Assembly: GCA_040081625.1 (NCBI GenBank)
Contig: JBEBGD010000022.1
Span: forward strand, 1 to 61,959
Length of the DNA stretch: 61,959 nucleotides
Direction: 5' to 3'
Origin: Chthoniobacteraceae bacterium
GTDB taxonomy: Bacteria; Verrucomicrobiota; Verrucomicrobiia; Chthoniobacterales; Chthoniobacteraceae
The position numbers and the translations under genes are program-made. This document shows, piece by piece, positions 45,485-55,921 of the stretch (positions within the stretch are counted from its first letter, which is position 1; each line of letters begins with the position of its first letter). A model generated the notes under the pieces. The model had not been told where the DNA came from and searched no databases. It worked only from the letters and a program-made list of their open reading frames with translations.

Positions 45485-46695
45485 CGCTTCCGGCGCCCGA
45501 ACGAATACCCCGTCAGCGTCCGCCCGCCCTTCGCCGCGCCGCCCGGCGGGATCGCCGCTTCGTTGAAAAGCGCCGTGTAGAGATACTCGAACCCGTCCAG
45601 CTTCAGCCGCGGCACACTCCGCCCGATGAAACGCTCGATCTTGCGCACCGCATCAAGATCCTCCGCGCAGAAAATCGTGAACGCATCGCCGAGCAACTGC
45701 GCCCGCCCCGTTCGCCCGATGCGATGCACATAGTCCTCCGGATGCCCCGGCACGTCGTAGTTGATCACATGCGACACCCCCGCGATGTCCAGCCCGCGCG
45801 CCGCGAGATCCGTCGCCACGAGCACCTCATATTTTCCCGCCTTGAACCCCGCGAGCGCCTCTTCGCGATCGCGCTGCGTGCGATCGCTATGCATCGCCGC
45901 CACCGCGTGATTCTTCTCCTTGAGCTTCGCCGTCACCTTGTCCGCGGCCACCTTCGTCGAGCAGAAAATCAGCACGCTGTGATAGTCGGTGCGATCGAGC
46001 AGCGCGAGCAGCAGATCGAACTTCTGATCCTTCGCCACCGGATAGAGAGCGTGCGTCACCGTCTCCGCCGGGCTGAAGCGCATCCCGATCTCGATCTTCT
46101 CCGGGTCCTTGAGCACCCACTGCGTCATCCCCGCGATCTCCGGCGGCATCGTCGCGGAGAAAAACAGCGTCTGCCGCGACTTCGGACACTTCTCCACGAT
46201 CTTGCGCACCTGCGGCAGGAAACCCATGTCGAGCATCCGGTCCACTTCATCGAGCACGAGCACGTTGAGCGTATCGAGCTTGATCTCGCCTTCGCCCATG
46301 AAATCGAGCAGCCGCCCCGGCGTCGCGACGAGCACGTCGAGCCCGGTCTTGATCGCCGCCCGCTGCTCGCCAAACCCGACGCCGCCATGCACGAGCCCGA
46401 TGTTCACATTCATGAATCGCGCATAATCCCGGAACGCCGTCTCCACCTGCGCCGCCAGCTCGCGGGTGGGCTCGAGGATGAGCGCCCGAAGCGTGCCGTG
46501 GGTCTTGAGCATCGTGAGAATCGGAAGCGCAAACGCCGCCGTCTTCCCCGTCCCCGTCTGCGCCGAGCCCATGAGATCCTTGCCCGAGAGCACCACCGGA
46601 ATGGCGCGCAGTTGGATCGGTGTGGGATCGACGTAGCCCATCGATTGCACACCATGGACGACTTCATCGAGCAGACCGAATTCCTGAAATGACAT
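45481..46695 (-). CDS. DEAD-box RNA helicase (RhlE-like)
   Basis: PTPIQ, AQTGTGKT, PTRELA, TPGRLLD, DEVD, SAT, ARGLD, HRIGRTGR. Confidence 0.95.
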   Translation of the reverse strand: MSFQEFGLLDEVVHGVQSMGYVDPTPIQLRAIPVVLSGKDLMGSAQTGTGKTAAFALPILTMLKTHGTLRALILEPTRELAAQVETAFRDYARFMNVNIGLVHGGVGFGEQRAAIKTGLDVLVATPGRLLDFMGEGEIKLDTLNVLVLDEVDRMLDMGFLPQVRKIVEKCPKSRQTLFFSATMPPEIAGMTQWVLKDPEKIEIGMRFSPAETVTHALYPVAKDQKFDLLLALLDRTDYHSVLIFCSTKVAADKVTAKLKEKNHAVAAMHSDRTQRDREEALAGFKAGKYEVLVATDLAARGLDIAGVSHVINYDVPGHPEDYVHRIGRTGRAQLLGDAFTIFCAEDLDAVRKIERFIGRSVPRLKLDGFEYLYTALFNEAAIPPGGAAKGGRTLTGYSFGRRKR

Positions 46696-46826
46696 GGAGG
46701 GCGTGCCGATAGCGGAAGCCGGGCGGGAATCAACCGCGTAGATGCCACGGCCTTCAGCGCGCATCGCCAGCGCCCCGGGACACCGCTCCTTGTCAGCACC
46801 CCGCAATGCTGCAATTTCTGCGCGCC

Positions 46827-48008
46827 ATGATCCGGTTCCTTTCATTCGCCCTCCTCGCCACATCCGCGCCCGCCATCGACTGGCCGCATTTCCGCGGCCC
46901 GGCTCGCGACGGCATCTCCGCCGAGAAAGCGTGGCGCAGCGAATGGCCGGGCGATGTCCCGGTCGCGTGGAAGGCGGAAGTCGGGCTCGGGTATTCCTCC
47001 ATCGTCGTGGCAAAAGGCCGCGCGGCGACCGTGGGGCACGCCGACGCGAAGGACACGATCTTCTGCTTCGACGCCACGACCGGCAAGTCGCTGTGGACGC
47101 ACAGCCATCCATCGGAACTGGGCGACAAATACTACGAAGGCGGCACCACCGGCACGCCGACCTTCGACGGCGACCGGCTGTATTGGCTGAGCCGCTGGGG
47201 CGATCTCATGTGCCTCGACGCCGCGACCGGGAAGGCCTTGTGGGAAAAGAATATCGCGAAGGAAACCGGTGCGCCGATCCCGACGTGGGGCTACACCGGC
47301 GCGCCGCTCGTGCACGGCGATCTCCTCGTGCTCAATGTCGGCGACGCCGGCACCGCGGTGGAGAAAGCCACGGGAAAGCTCGTGTGGAAATCCGCCGCGA
47401 AGGACGCCGGCTACTCCACTCCCCTGCCCCGCGGCGAACTCGCGCTGCTCGCGAACACCGAGCACTATCTCGCCGTGGACATGAAGACCGGCGCCGAGGC
47501 GTGGCGCTTCCGCTGGCTCACGCAGTATGGCGTGAACGCCGCCGACCCGATCGTCAGCGGCGACCGCGTCTTCATCTCCAGCGGCTACGGCAAAGGTGCC
47601 GCGCTCCTCAAGCTCGGCGGCGCCGCACCGGAGCAGCTGTGGAAGAGCAAGAAACTCCGCACGCAACTCAACGCCGCCGTGCTCCACGACGGACACCTCT
47701 ACGGCGTCGATGGCGACACGACGGAAAAGGCGCCGCTCAAGTGCCTCGACTTCGCCACCGGCGACGAAAAGTGGAGCGAGCCTGGCTTCGGTTCCGGCGG
47801 CGTCATCATCGCCGATGGAAAACTCATCGCGCTCAGCGGCGTGGGCGAACTAATGATCGCGCCCGCTTCACCCGCCGGCTTCAAGCCCACCACACGCGCG
47901 CAAGTCTTCGGCCCGAAATCGTGGACCGCCCCCGTGCTCGCGAACGGCCTCCTTTACTGCCGCAACAACCGCGGCGAACTCGTCGTGCTGGACCTGCGCG
48001 CAAGATGA
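46827..48008 (+). CDS. Exported PQQ-like/BamB-like beta-propeller protein
   Basis: Signal peptide then DWPHFRGPARDG. Repeated CxDAxTGKxLW blades. WTAPVLANGLLY. Confidence 0.88.
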   Translation: MIRFLSFALLATSAPAIDWPHFRGPARDGISAEKAWRSEWPGDVPVAWKAEVGLGYSSIVVAKGRAATVGHADAKDTIFCFDATTGKSLWTHSHPSELGDKYYEGGTTGTPTFDGDRLYWLSRWGDLMCLDAATGKALWEKNIAKETGAPIPTWGYTGAPLVHGDLLVLNVGDAGTAVEKATGKLVWKSAAKDAGYSTPLPRGELALLANTEHYLAVDMKTGAEAWRFRWLTQYGVNAADPIVSGDRVFISSGYGKGAALLKLGGAAPEQLWKSKKLRTQLNAAVLHDGHLYGVDGDTTEKAPLKCLDFATGDEKWSEPGFGSGGVIIADGKLIALSGVGELMIAPASPAGFKPTTRAQVFGPKSWTAPVLANGLLYCRNNRGELVVLDLRAR

Positions 48009-48102
48009 ATGCGCTACCCCGATCCGTCATGCACGCGGACCTCCGCGCGCAGTGTTCAGCTTTACGCGGAAGGCTGCCGCCGCGATAGGGATCGGCGACG
48101 GG

Positions 48103-50505
48103 TTACAGGATCGTGAGCGAATAATCGCCCAGCGGGTCGATGACGCCCGGCGCGCCCAGCGCCAGGCGCACGGGCTTGCCGATGCGCGTATAGCTGCCGA
48201 CTTTGTCGGCCACGAAGCCAAACGCCCCGTCGCCGCTCGCGCCGTCCACACCCTTGACCACGATGGTGCCAATGCTCGCCGCGGAGACTTGAGAGTCGGC
48301 AAAGAACACGCCGCCCGCATTCGCGACGCCGGCGATGATGAAGGTGGCGATCGAGCGCCGGTTCGTGAAGTCGTCGAGCGAATCGGGTCGCGCGCTGGTG
48401 CCGACGAGGATTTCGGAATCGATCATCCCGCCGAGCCGCACGGTGCCGAGGCTGCCGGGCGTGATGACGGTGCTGTCGCGCAGAAAGCCGCGGATCGAGA
48501 AGATCGAGATGGTGCTCGCGCGCAACTGCTCGACGTCGGCTTCGAGATCGCCGGTGATGCCGGTGCCGCCGCGGATCGTCAGCGCGCTGAGCACGGGTGC
48601 GACGATCGAATTCTTCGTGCCGGTCGTATTCAGCCACTCGGTGGCGGTGAGCGAGGAGATGCGCTGGTCGGACTCGAGGTTGAGGTCGTGCACCGAGCGG
48701 AAGGAGAGCTTGGCGGGTGTCGTGTTGCGCTGCCCGAAGGCGCCGAGGATGAAACTGCGGTCGCCCGCGTCCACATCGCCGAGCGAGACGACCCGCGCGC
48801 CGTTGCTGATCGTCACGTAGCCGGTCACGTCCGCCCGCGCGAGGCTGACGGTGCCGACGACGTTCTCCACGTCGATGTTGTTGATCTCGGCGCGGTCCGG
48901 CGTGGTGAGGCGGACGACTGACAAGCTGTTGGTGCCGGTGACAGCGAGGTTCACGAGCCCATCGACCAACCGCAGGCTGCCCGAGCCCGCGCCGCTGATG
49001 CTGAAGGTGACGGGATTCAAGTCGCCGGGCTCCTTGTAGGTGAGCTTTGCGCCGCTGCGAAAGCCAAAGCCGGAGACGACGACCAGGCCGAATTGGTTGG
49101 CGTAGGCGTGGCCGCTGCCGTCGGGCGCGGCGTTGTCGTTGGTGAACAACTCCGTCGTCGCACCGCTCTGCGGGAGCACTTCGGCAATGAGCCGATAAGC
49201 GCCGTCAGCCTTGTCGAGCCGCGCGTCGATCGTGAGGCTGCCGGTGATCGTCGCGCTCCGGCCGGCGACGATGCTCACGTTCTGGTTGAGCGACCCGATC
49301 AGGATGTCGTCCGCATCGATGATGCGGCCCGTGGTGTCGGTCGCGGTGGGCGGCGAGAGGTAGAAGTTGATCTTCACCGGGCCGTTGAAATTCGCCGCGC
49401 CGTTGTTGGTCAGCGCGATCGTCGGCTTCACCACGTCGCCGGGCACGATGATGTTTGGAAGGCGCTCGGCTGCGACGCTGGCGATGAGGTTCGGCTGGAC
49501 GGTCACGCGGAAGGTCTCGTCGAGAGTCTCGCCGCCCTGGGTCACCCTCACGGTCACATCGGCGACGCCGGTCTTGCCGGCGACGTAGTTGAGCTTGAGC
49601 GATGAGCCGGTGAGCACCGGCGCGAGCAGGCCCGCGTCGCCGCTCACCACCGCGGTGCCGACCACCTCGAACGTCTGCCCGGTCGTATCGCGCGCGGCGG
49701 GCGCCTGCACGTTTACGCCCGTGATGGTGATGAGCTGGTCCGCAGTCGGCTTGGGCGGGGGCGTCGCGGTGTTGTTGTCCGGGTCGGCGATGAAATTCTG
49801 CACCGGCACGCCCGCGAGGCCGCTGGTCGTCGTGGTCGGCAGCGCGGCGATCTGGTCGATGTAATTCATCCCCGCGAGCACCTGCCCGAAGACGGTGAAG
49901 CCGCCGTTCTGGGCATCGAGGTTGGCGGAGTTGTCGGCGAGATTCACGAACCACTCGCTCGTCGCGCTGTCCGGCCCGCCGCCGGCATCCGCGCCGACTT
50001 TCGCCATCGCCACGGTGCCGCGCACGTTCGAGCGATCGGCGGAGAACTCGTTGTGAACGGTCGCGAAGGTCTCGATGTGGGTCGGCGTGGCGGTCGGGTT
50101 GAAGCCCCCGCCTTGCACCACGAAGCCGGAGACCGAGCGGTGAAAGAAAGTGCCGAGGAAATCCGCCGAGGTGTTCGGGTTGGTCGCGTAGCGCAGGAAG
50201 TTCTGCACGGTCAGCGGCGCCCTGTCGTCGAAGAGCTCGAGCGTGACGGTCGGCGGCTGGATGCCCGGGGTGGCCACGTCGGTGTCGAGCTGGAGGCCCG
50301 GCGTGTTTGGGTCGATGTCGAGGTTCAGCGCGAAGCTGATGAGCGTGTGCCCCGCCTGCTGGATGAAGGGATCGAGCAACTGCCCGAGCTCGACGGTCGC
50401 GCTGGTGTAACCGGCGCCAGCGACGAGGTCGGCGATTGGATTGACGAGCACGAGCGCGGGGACGCAGCGACTTTCGAGCGGCTCGATGGTGCGGTGGCGG
50501 GGCAT
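48103..50505 (-). CDS. Cyclophilin-type peptidyl-prolyl isomerase domain surface protein with an EPLExR leader, CARDB-like and beta-helix-like regions (alternative start 50532)
   Basis: N-terminus MPRHRTIEPLESRCVPA. Cyclophilin motifs APLTVQNF..FFHRSVSGFVVQGGG..VAMAK..SEWFVN..FTVFGQV. Confidence 0.85.
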   Translation of the reverse strand: MPRHRTIEPLESRCVPALVLVNPIADLVAGAGYTSATVELGQLLDPFIQQAGHTLISFALNLDIDPNTPGLQLDTDVATPGIQPPTVTLELFDDRAPLTVQNFLRYATNPNTSADFLGTFFHRSVSGFVVQGGGFNPTATPTHIETFATVHNEFSADRSNVRGTVAMAKVGADAGGGPDSATSEWFVNLADNSANLDAQNGGFTVFGQVLAGMNYIDQIAALPTTTTSGLAGVPVQNFIADPDNNTATPPPKPTADQLITITGVNVQAPAARDTTGQTFEVVGTAVVSGDAGLLAPVLTGSSLKLNYVAGKTGVADVTVRVTQGGETLDETFRVTVQPNLIASVAAERLPNIIVPGDVVKPTIALTNNGAANFNGPVKINFYLSPPTATDTTGRIIDADDILIGSLNQNVSIVAGRSATITGSLTIDARLDKADGAYRLIAEVLPQSGATTELFTNDNAAPDGSGHAYANQFGLVVVSGFGFRSGAKLTYKEPGDLNPVTFSISGAGSGSLRLVDGLVNLAVTGTNSLSVVRLTTPDRAEINNIDVENVVGTVSLARADVTGYVTISNGARVVSLGDVDAGDRSFILGAFGQRNTTPAKLSFRSVHDLNLESDQRISSLTATEWLNTTGTKNSIVAPVLSALTIRGGTGITGDLEADVEQLRASTISIFSIRGFLRDSTVITPGSLGTVRLGGMIDSEILVGTSARPDSLDDFTNRRSIATFIIAGVANAGGVFFADSQVSAASIGTIVVKGVDGASGDGAFGFVADKVGSYTRIGKPVRLALGAPGVIDPLGDYSLTIL

Positions 50506-50552
50506 GACGGGGCGGTGGATACGGCAGGTCATCGGGGGTGAAAAGTGGGAAG

Positions 50553-53162
50553 TCACAGTGCTACCTCGTGGATGCGCACGTCGCCAGTGGTGCCGACGAG
50601 TCGGTCGTCGTTGCCGGTGCCGGGCGTGAGCACCGTGGCGAGGCCGCCGGATTTGAAAGCAAGGATGCGCTGCGCGGTGAAGCCGAACTGATCCGCACCG
50701 CCGGGAGTGCCGGCGACCGGTCCGTTGACGACGATCGATGCGATCTTCGAGATGAAGCCGGTGCGATCGACCCCGCCGGCGATCTTCGTGTCGTCGGCGT
50801 CGCCGAAGCCGTCGCCGCTCACGTCCATCACGCCGGCCACGATGTCGCTCGCCGTCCAATCGCCGGTGACGAGCACCGTGCCGATCGATGCATCCGCATT
50901 CATCGCGACGCCGCTCAAGTCGTAGCCGGCGAGGATTCGCGAGCCGCTCACGTCGCCCTTGATCGTGAGCTTCGCGATCGCGAGATCGCCGAGGAGCGGA
51001 TCGACGATCGCCTGACCCGCGGCGCTGATCGTCGAGTTCGCCACGTCGCCGTTGATCGTCGCCACCGCGATGTCGCGCCCGGCGCGCACTGTCGCCCCGT
51101 CGAGGCTGCCGGCGACGAATGCGCCGAGCTTGCCACGCACGCTGACGATGGATTCGACCTCCCCGCTCACCTTGATCGAGCCCGCGCTGCCTGCGCCGAG
51201 GAAGCCCGCGCCCGCGACGATCGCGCCGCCCGACTTGAGCGATGCGGCGGTGAGCGGGCCGAGATTCGCGGCCGCCTCGACGCGACCCGAGTTCACGCCG
51301 CTGCCGCCGTCGATCACGCCGACGCTCAGCGTGCTGATGCTCGCGGCAGTGCCGATGAAGTCGTCGTCGATGAGTTCCTGCGCGCGCACCGAGCCGCTGA
51401 AGTCGCCGTCGCCGCCGGTCAGATTGCCGGTGATCGCGACCTTCGTGATGTTGCCGCTCGATTCGATCGCGCCGGAATGGCCGCCGTCGTCGCCCGCGAC
51501 CGAGCCAAAGATCTGCACGCTCCTGATTGTCGAGGTCGAGATCAGCGAGCCGCTGAAATCGCCGCCGCCACCGGTGACGTTCGCATTTTGCAACGCCGAG
51601 CCGACGCGCACGCTGCCGATCTTGCTCGCGACGATCGAGCCGGAGCTGATGCCGGTGCCGCCGAGCATGCCGTTCGCGATTGTGACGGTGCCGAGATTGC
51701 CTTTGAGCAGCGGATCCGCGCCGGAGAAAATCGAGCCGCTGTTCGCACCCGGGCCGCCGACGAGCTTGCCGACGGAGATGACCGAGGCCGTGCCATCGCT
51801 GATGATCGCGCCGGAGCGATCGCCGATGCCGCCGGTGACATCGCCCGCGACTTTCACGATCGCGAGCGCGGTCTCGCCATGGATCGCGCCGCTCGCGAAG
51901 CCGGAGCCGCCGGTGAGCTTGCCGCCGAGCGTGATCGTCGTGGCCGGCAGACTGCCGGGCAGCGTGGTGAAAGGAAACACGCTGCCAAACTCAATGCCGC
52001 CCGATCCCGCGCCGCCGGCGCCCATCACGTCGCCGCTGATCGTGAGGCTCGCGATGGTCTTGCTGATCTGCACCGAGCCGCTTTCGGCGCCGCCGGCGCC
52101 GGTGAGCATTCCGCCGATAGTCGCCTTGCCGAGCACTGCGCCATGGATGCTTCCGGAGCCGATGCCGCCACCGCCGGTCACGTCGCCGGTGATTTTCACG
52201 AGCGGCAATCCGCCGCCTGCGACGATCGCGCCGCTGTTCACGCCGATGCCGCCCATGAGCGAGCCCGCGGTGAGCGAGCTGATGCCCGTGCCGGCGACGA
52301 TGCTTCCGCTGTTCTTTCCGCCACCGCCGACGAGTCCCCCGACGTTCACCGCACCGATGCCGCGCGCGCTTTCGATCGTGCCGGTGTTGTCGCTGATGTT
52401 CCCGCGCAGCGAGCCGGCGACTTTCACGCTGCCGATCTTCGCCGCCGCGGTCGCGCTCAAGCCGATGCCATCGATGACGTGGATGAAACCGTGGAGATCG
52501 GCCTTTACGTCGAGCAAAGTCAGCTCGCCGGCGATCCTGCTCTCGAGTTTCTCGGTCGCGGTGCCGCCGGAGACCTGCGTGCCGCTGCCGAACTGGTAGA
52601 GGGAATTCACCACGAGCGCCTGGAGCCCGACTTTCGCGCCGCTGCGCCCGCAGTCGATCTGCCCGAGGTCGCCGTCGATTTCCACGCGGCCGAGCGCGAG
52701 GTTCGTGGCCTTGACGTGCCCGACGTTGGTGAAGTCGTCGCCGATATTGCCCGCGCCCTTGGCCGCGGTAACGCTGAGCGACGTGCCCTCGGCTTTGCTG
52801 ATGAACGTCGCGAGGTTCACCGGCACGCGGTTGAGGTCGATGAGCTGGAGCTGCTGCGGCCCGTTCGCGCCAAAGGCCGATGCCTGCGTGCCGTCGCTGA
52901 ACTTGAAGATGTCGCCAACATTGCCCGCGGTGAGGAACGACTTGGAAAAATGGACCGTCACGACGTCGCCATCGAGGTCGTTGAAGCTGATCGTCCCCGC
53001 GTCGATGAGCGTCGCCGGCGCGATGCGGCCCTCGAGCGGCTCGATGGTGCGCGCCTTCGGCTCTCTCGCCGGGCGCGGCGGTGCGAGCATCTCCGGCTTC
53101 GACGCACGACGGCGCCGGAAGAGAGCGACAAACCGGGAAAGGAGCGAGGGGCGCGGCTTCAT
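50553..53162 (-). CDS. Gly-rich beta-helix repeat surface protein with a LEPR-XLL-like leader
   Basis: Basic N-terminus then TIEPLEGRIAPA. About 13 repeats of the GGxGxxSGx[IVL] motif. Confidence 0.85.
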   Translation of the reverse strand: MKPRPSLLSRFVALFRRRRASKPEMLAPPRPAREPKARTIEPLEGRIAPATLIDAGTISFNDLDGDVVTVHFSKSFLTAGNVGDIFKFSDGTQASAFGANGPQQLQLIDLNRVPVNLATFISKAEGTSLSVTAAKGAGNIGDDFTNVGHVKATNLALGRVEIDGDLGQIDCGRSGAKVGLQALVVNSLYQFGSGTQVSGGTATEKLESRIAGELTLLDVKADLHGFIHVIDGIGLSATAAAKIGSVKVAGSLRGNISDNTGTIESARGIGAVNVGGLVGGGGKNSGSIVAGTGISSLTAGSLMGGIGVNSGAIVAGGGLPLVKITGDVTGGGGIGSGSIHGAVLGKATIGGMLTGAGGAESGSVQISKTIASLTISGDVMGAGGAGSGGIEFGSVFPFTTLPGSLPATTITLGGKLTGGSGFASGAIHGETALAIVKVAGDVTGGIGDRSGAIISDGTASVISVGKLVGGPGANSGSIFSGADPLLKGNLGTVTIANGMLGGTGISSGSIVASKIGSVRVGSALQNANVTGGGGDFSGSLISTSTIRSVQIFGSVAGDDGGHSGAIESSGNITKVAITGNLTGGDGDFSGSVRAQELIDDDFIGTAASISTLSVGVIDGGSGVNSGRVEAAANLGPLTAASLKSGGAIVAGAGFLGAGSAGSIKVSGEVESIVSVRGKLGAFVAGSLDGATVRAGRDIAVATINGDVANSTISAAGQAIVDPLLGDLAIAKLTIKGDVSGSRILAGYDLSGVAMNADASIGTVLVTGDWTASDIVAGVMDVSGDGFGDADDTKIAGGVDRTGFISKIASIVVNGPVAGTPGGADQFGFTAQRILAFKSGGLATVLTPGTGNDDRLVGTTGDVRIHEVAL

Positions 53163-55921
53163 GGCGTCTTGTCGTTCACGATCACGAACACGTCGGCGGG
53201 ATCAGCGTTGTCGAAGCGCACATCGGTGCCGGGGCTGCTCGCGTCCGCAGGAGTGAGCTGCACGCGCACGGTGTGCGTGCCGGTCAGTCCGTCGTCCTTG
53301 GCGGTCACGGTCACGGCTTGCTCCACGTTCCAGTCGGCGGCGGTGAAGACGAGCGAAGTCTTGTCGATGGTCACGTGTGCCTGCGCGTTCGTGTCGAGCA
53401 CGAGCGGGATGGTGACGTTCGCGCGCGGCTGTTTTTGGAGTTTCACCTTGAACTGCGCCGCCGCCGCCACGCCGCCGAGTTCCTTCACCGTGAGCACCGT
53501 CGGCCCGACGCTGAAGGTCTCGAACGGCCCGAACACCACGTTGCGCTCGATCGGCAGATTGTCGGCGAGCGGATCGCTGTAGATGAAACGCGCGAGCACG
53601 TTCAGCCCCGCTCCATTCTCGCCTGCGGGGAAGCGCAGCCGCGCATCGCCGGCCGGGTTCACGTCGAAGTTCAAACGAACGCCGCCGCCCGCGACGAACG
53701 CGTTGAGCGGCACCTGGGTCAGGTTGCTCGCGCCGATGAGCAAGGGCTTGTCCCTCGGGTTGCTCATCGTCTGGCCGGGACGATTCGGATCCGGCACGGT
53801 CTCGTCGGTCGTGTTCAGGCGCTTGTCCTCGGAGAGGTAAAAGCGCACGGCGCCGCCGGTGGTGGCTTTGTTCCCGGCGTTGATCGCGATGAATTGCCCG
53901 GTGCCGAAGGTCTGGTTGCCGGTCTTTGTGAGCACGGGTTTCGAGCCGCCATTGGGGAGCGAGACCGGCGCGAATTGCCCGATGAGATTCGGCGTCGAGT
54001 AGGGCGGCAGATGCTGCGGGCGGGTGAAGCCACGGGCTTCCGCCGCGCTCCACGCATAGGCGTCAGCCGCGCCATTTCTGCGGACACGCACGACGAGCGA
54101 GTAGTCCTCCGGATCGGGAAAGGTGTGCGTGCCGAGCACTTGAAAATCGCCGCCCGGTCCGCGCCGCACGAGCCCTTCGCTGAAGGTGCCGTCGCCCCAG
54201 CAGATCGACGCGGAGTAGGCTGCGGGCAGGAGCGGTGCGTCGTCCGTGAATGTCGCGACGATCCCGTTGGAAAGCTTCGCGCCCTTGGTGGTGACGGTGC
54301 GCCCGAACGGCCGGAGCGGCCCGGCGGTGATGACGGCGATCCCGCGCAGCGTCGCGCGCTGGCCCTTCGCTGCGGTGAGCGTCACGACGAGCGGATACGT
54401 GCCCTGGTTCGCGTAGGTGTGCCCGCCGCGCACGGCAAACGCCGTCGGCAGCGGACTCGACGTGTCGCGCCCGACCGTGCCGGCGCCCGGCGTCGCGCCG
54501 TCGCCCCAATTGATCGTCGCCGTGTATTCACCCGCCTGGCCGAGCGCGTCGGTGTCCGTGAATTTCGCCACGAGTTGATTCGCGAGCGGGACGCCCGAGG
54601 CCGCACTGAAGCTCACGACCTTTGCCGCCATCGCCTTGTCCCCGACGGCCACCTCCACGCGCACGCGGTCGTCGATGGCGCGCGGCGAGCCATCGATGTC
54701 GCCGCGATACGTCATGTCGTATTGCTGCACGCCGAGCCCGAGATCGAGCGGCCCGACATAGCCCGCGTTGCCCGCGAGGCGGACGGGATTGCCGGGCACC
54801 TTGATCGCGCCGTTCGCCACATAGGTCGGCGCCAGCCGCACGATTTCATTGAAGCTGAAAATGTAGTCGCGCTCGAGATCGATGAACTTGAAGGGCACCG
54901 TGAGCGTCCGGTCGGTCTTCACAGTCTGGTTCGGCACCGACCGCAGGAAAGGCGGATTGTTGACCGTGTCCTTGTAGGCCGTGACCGCGAACGGGGGCAG
55001 CGTCACTGTCGTCGTCCCATCACTCGCGGTGACGGTGATATTCGCCGTGACCGGCGCCGTCGCGCTGATGATGAGCAGCGCGTCGGCGAAGTCCGGCTCG
55101 ACCGTCGAGTTGCCGATTTTTACGTCCACTATCGGCCTGTCCTGCGGTCTGGCCGGATCGCCCGTGCCAGCCGGCCATCGCGGCACCTTCGACATCCTGT
55201 CGAGCGTATCCCATCCGCGCAGGAGCTGGCCGAAGATCGTGTGATTGAAGTCGAGGAAACGCGGCGAGCCGTCGGTGACGAAGAACTGCGAGCCATTCGT
55301 CGCCCGATAGGTCTCGATGGACTGGAACGTGGTCGGATGTGTGAGTCTGGCGAAGCCGGAGTTGGCCATCGCGAGCTGCCCGCGCCCGGCGAAGAGCAGT
55401 GGTGCGCGCAATTCATTCTCGAACGAGAATCCCGGCCCACCCGTGCCGGCCGTTTGCGGATTGGTGCTCAGCGGATCGCCCGCCTGCATAATGAAGGATC
55501 CATCCGCGTCCTCGGACGGATTCAGGTCCGCGATCCGATGAAAGACCTGGTTATCAAAATACCCACCCTGCGCAAACCCACCGATGAACCCGGCCGTGAT
55601 CGGCGTGAAATCGCGCAGCAGCGCAAACTCGAGCGTCCCCGAGAAGGCAGGGTCCGCTGCCGTGCCGTCGCCGACGTGGTTGATCGACACCTTCAGCTTC
55701 GGATGCCCCGTGCGCACACGGACGCTGACCCCCGGCTTGTCGCTACTCACGGTAAATGTCAGCCGATCCCCGTCCGCATCGCTCGCGGTGATCGGGAGCA
55801 GCAGCGCCTTGCCGATGGGCACCCGCGGCGCGACCTCTCCCGGCGGATCGATCACCGGTGCAGCCGCCCGGCCAGGGACGGCGAGCAAAACCGGGAACAG
55901 GAGGAGGTGGAAAAGCTTCAT
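53159..55921 (-). CDS. Sec-exported cyclophilin-domain protein with Ig/PKD-like repeats
   Basis: Signal MKLFHLLLFPVLLAVPGRA. FHRI..MQAGDP..AMANSG..NGSQFFVT..HTIFGQ. PKD-like ATINWGDG and SICWGDG. LVFTAADWNVEQ. Confidence 0.87.
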   Translation of the reverse strand: MKLFHLLLFPVLLAVPGRAAAPVIDPPGEVAPRVPIGKALLLPITASDADGDRLTFTVSSDKPGVSVRVRTGHPKLKVSINHVGDGTAADPAFSGTLEFALLRDFTPITAGFIGGFAQGGYFDNQVFHRIADLNPSEDADGSFIMQAGDPLSTNPQTAGTGGPGFSFENELRAPLLFAGRGQLAMANSGFARLTHPTTFQSIETYRATNGSQFFVTDGSPRFLDFNHTIFGQLLRGWDTLDRMSKVPRWPAGTGDPARPQDRPIVDVKIGNSTVEPDFADALLIISATAPVTANITVTASDGTTTVTLPPFAVTAYKDTVNNPPFLRSVPNQTVKTDRTLTVPFKFIDLERDYIFSFNEIVRLAPTYVANGAIKVPGNPVRLAGNAGYVGPLDLGLGVQQYDMTYRGDIDGSPRAIDDRVRVEVAVGDKAMAAKVVSFSAASGVPLANQLVAKFTDTDALGQAGEYTATINWGDGATPGAGTVGRDTSSPLPTAFAVRGGHTYANQGTYPLVVTLTAAKGQRATLRGIAVITAGPLRPFGRTVTTKGAKLSNGIVATFTDDAPLLPAAYSASICWGDGTFSEGLVRRGPGGDFQVLGTHTFPDPEDYSLVVRVRRNGAADAYAWSAAEARGFTRPQHLPPYSTPNLIGQFAPVSLPNGGSKPVLTKTGNQTFGTGQFIAINAGNKATTGGAVRFYLSEDKRLNTTDETVPDPNRPGQTMSNPRDKPLLIGASNLTQVPLNAFVAGGGVRLNFDVNPAGDARLRFPAGENGAGLNVLARFIYSDPLADNLPIERNVVFGPFETFSVGPTVLTVKELGGVAAAAQFKVKLQKQPRANVTIPLVLDTNAQAHVTIDKTSLVFTAADWNVEQAVTVTAKDDGLTGTHTVRVQLTPADASSPGTDVRFDNADPADVFVIVNDKTP

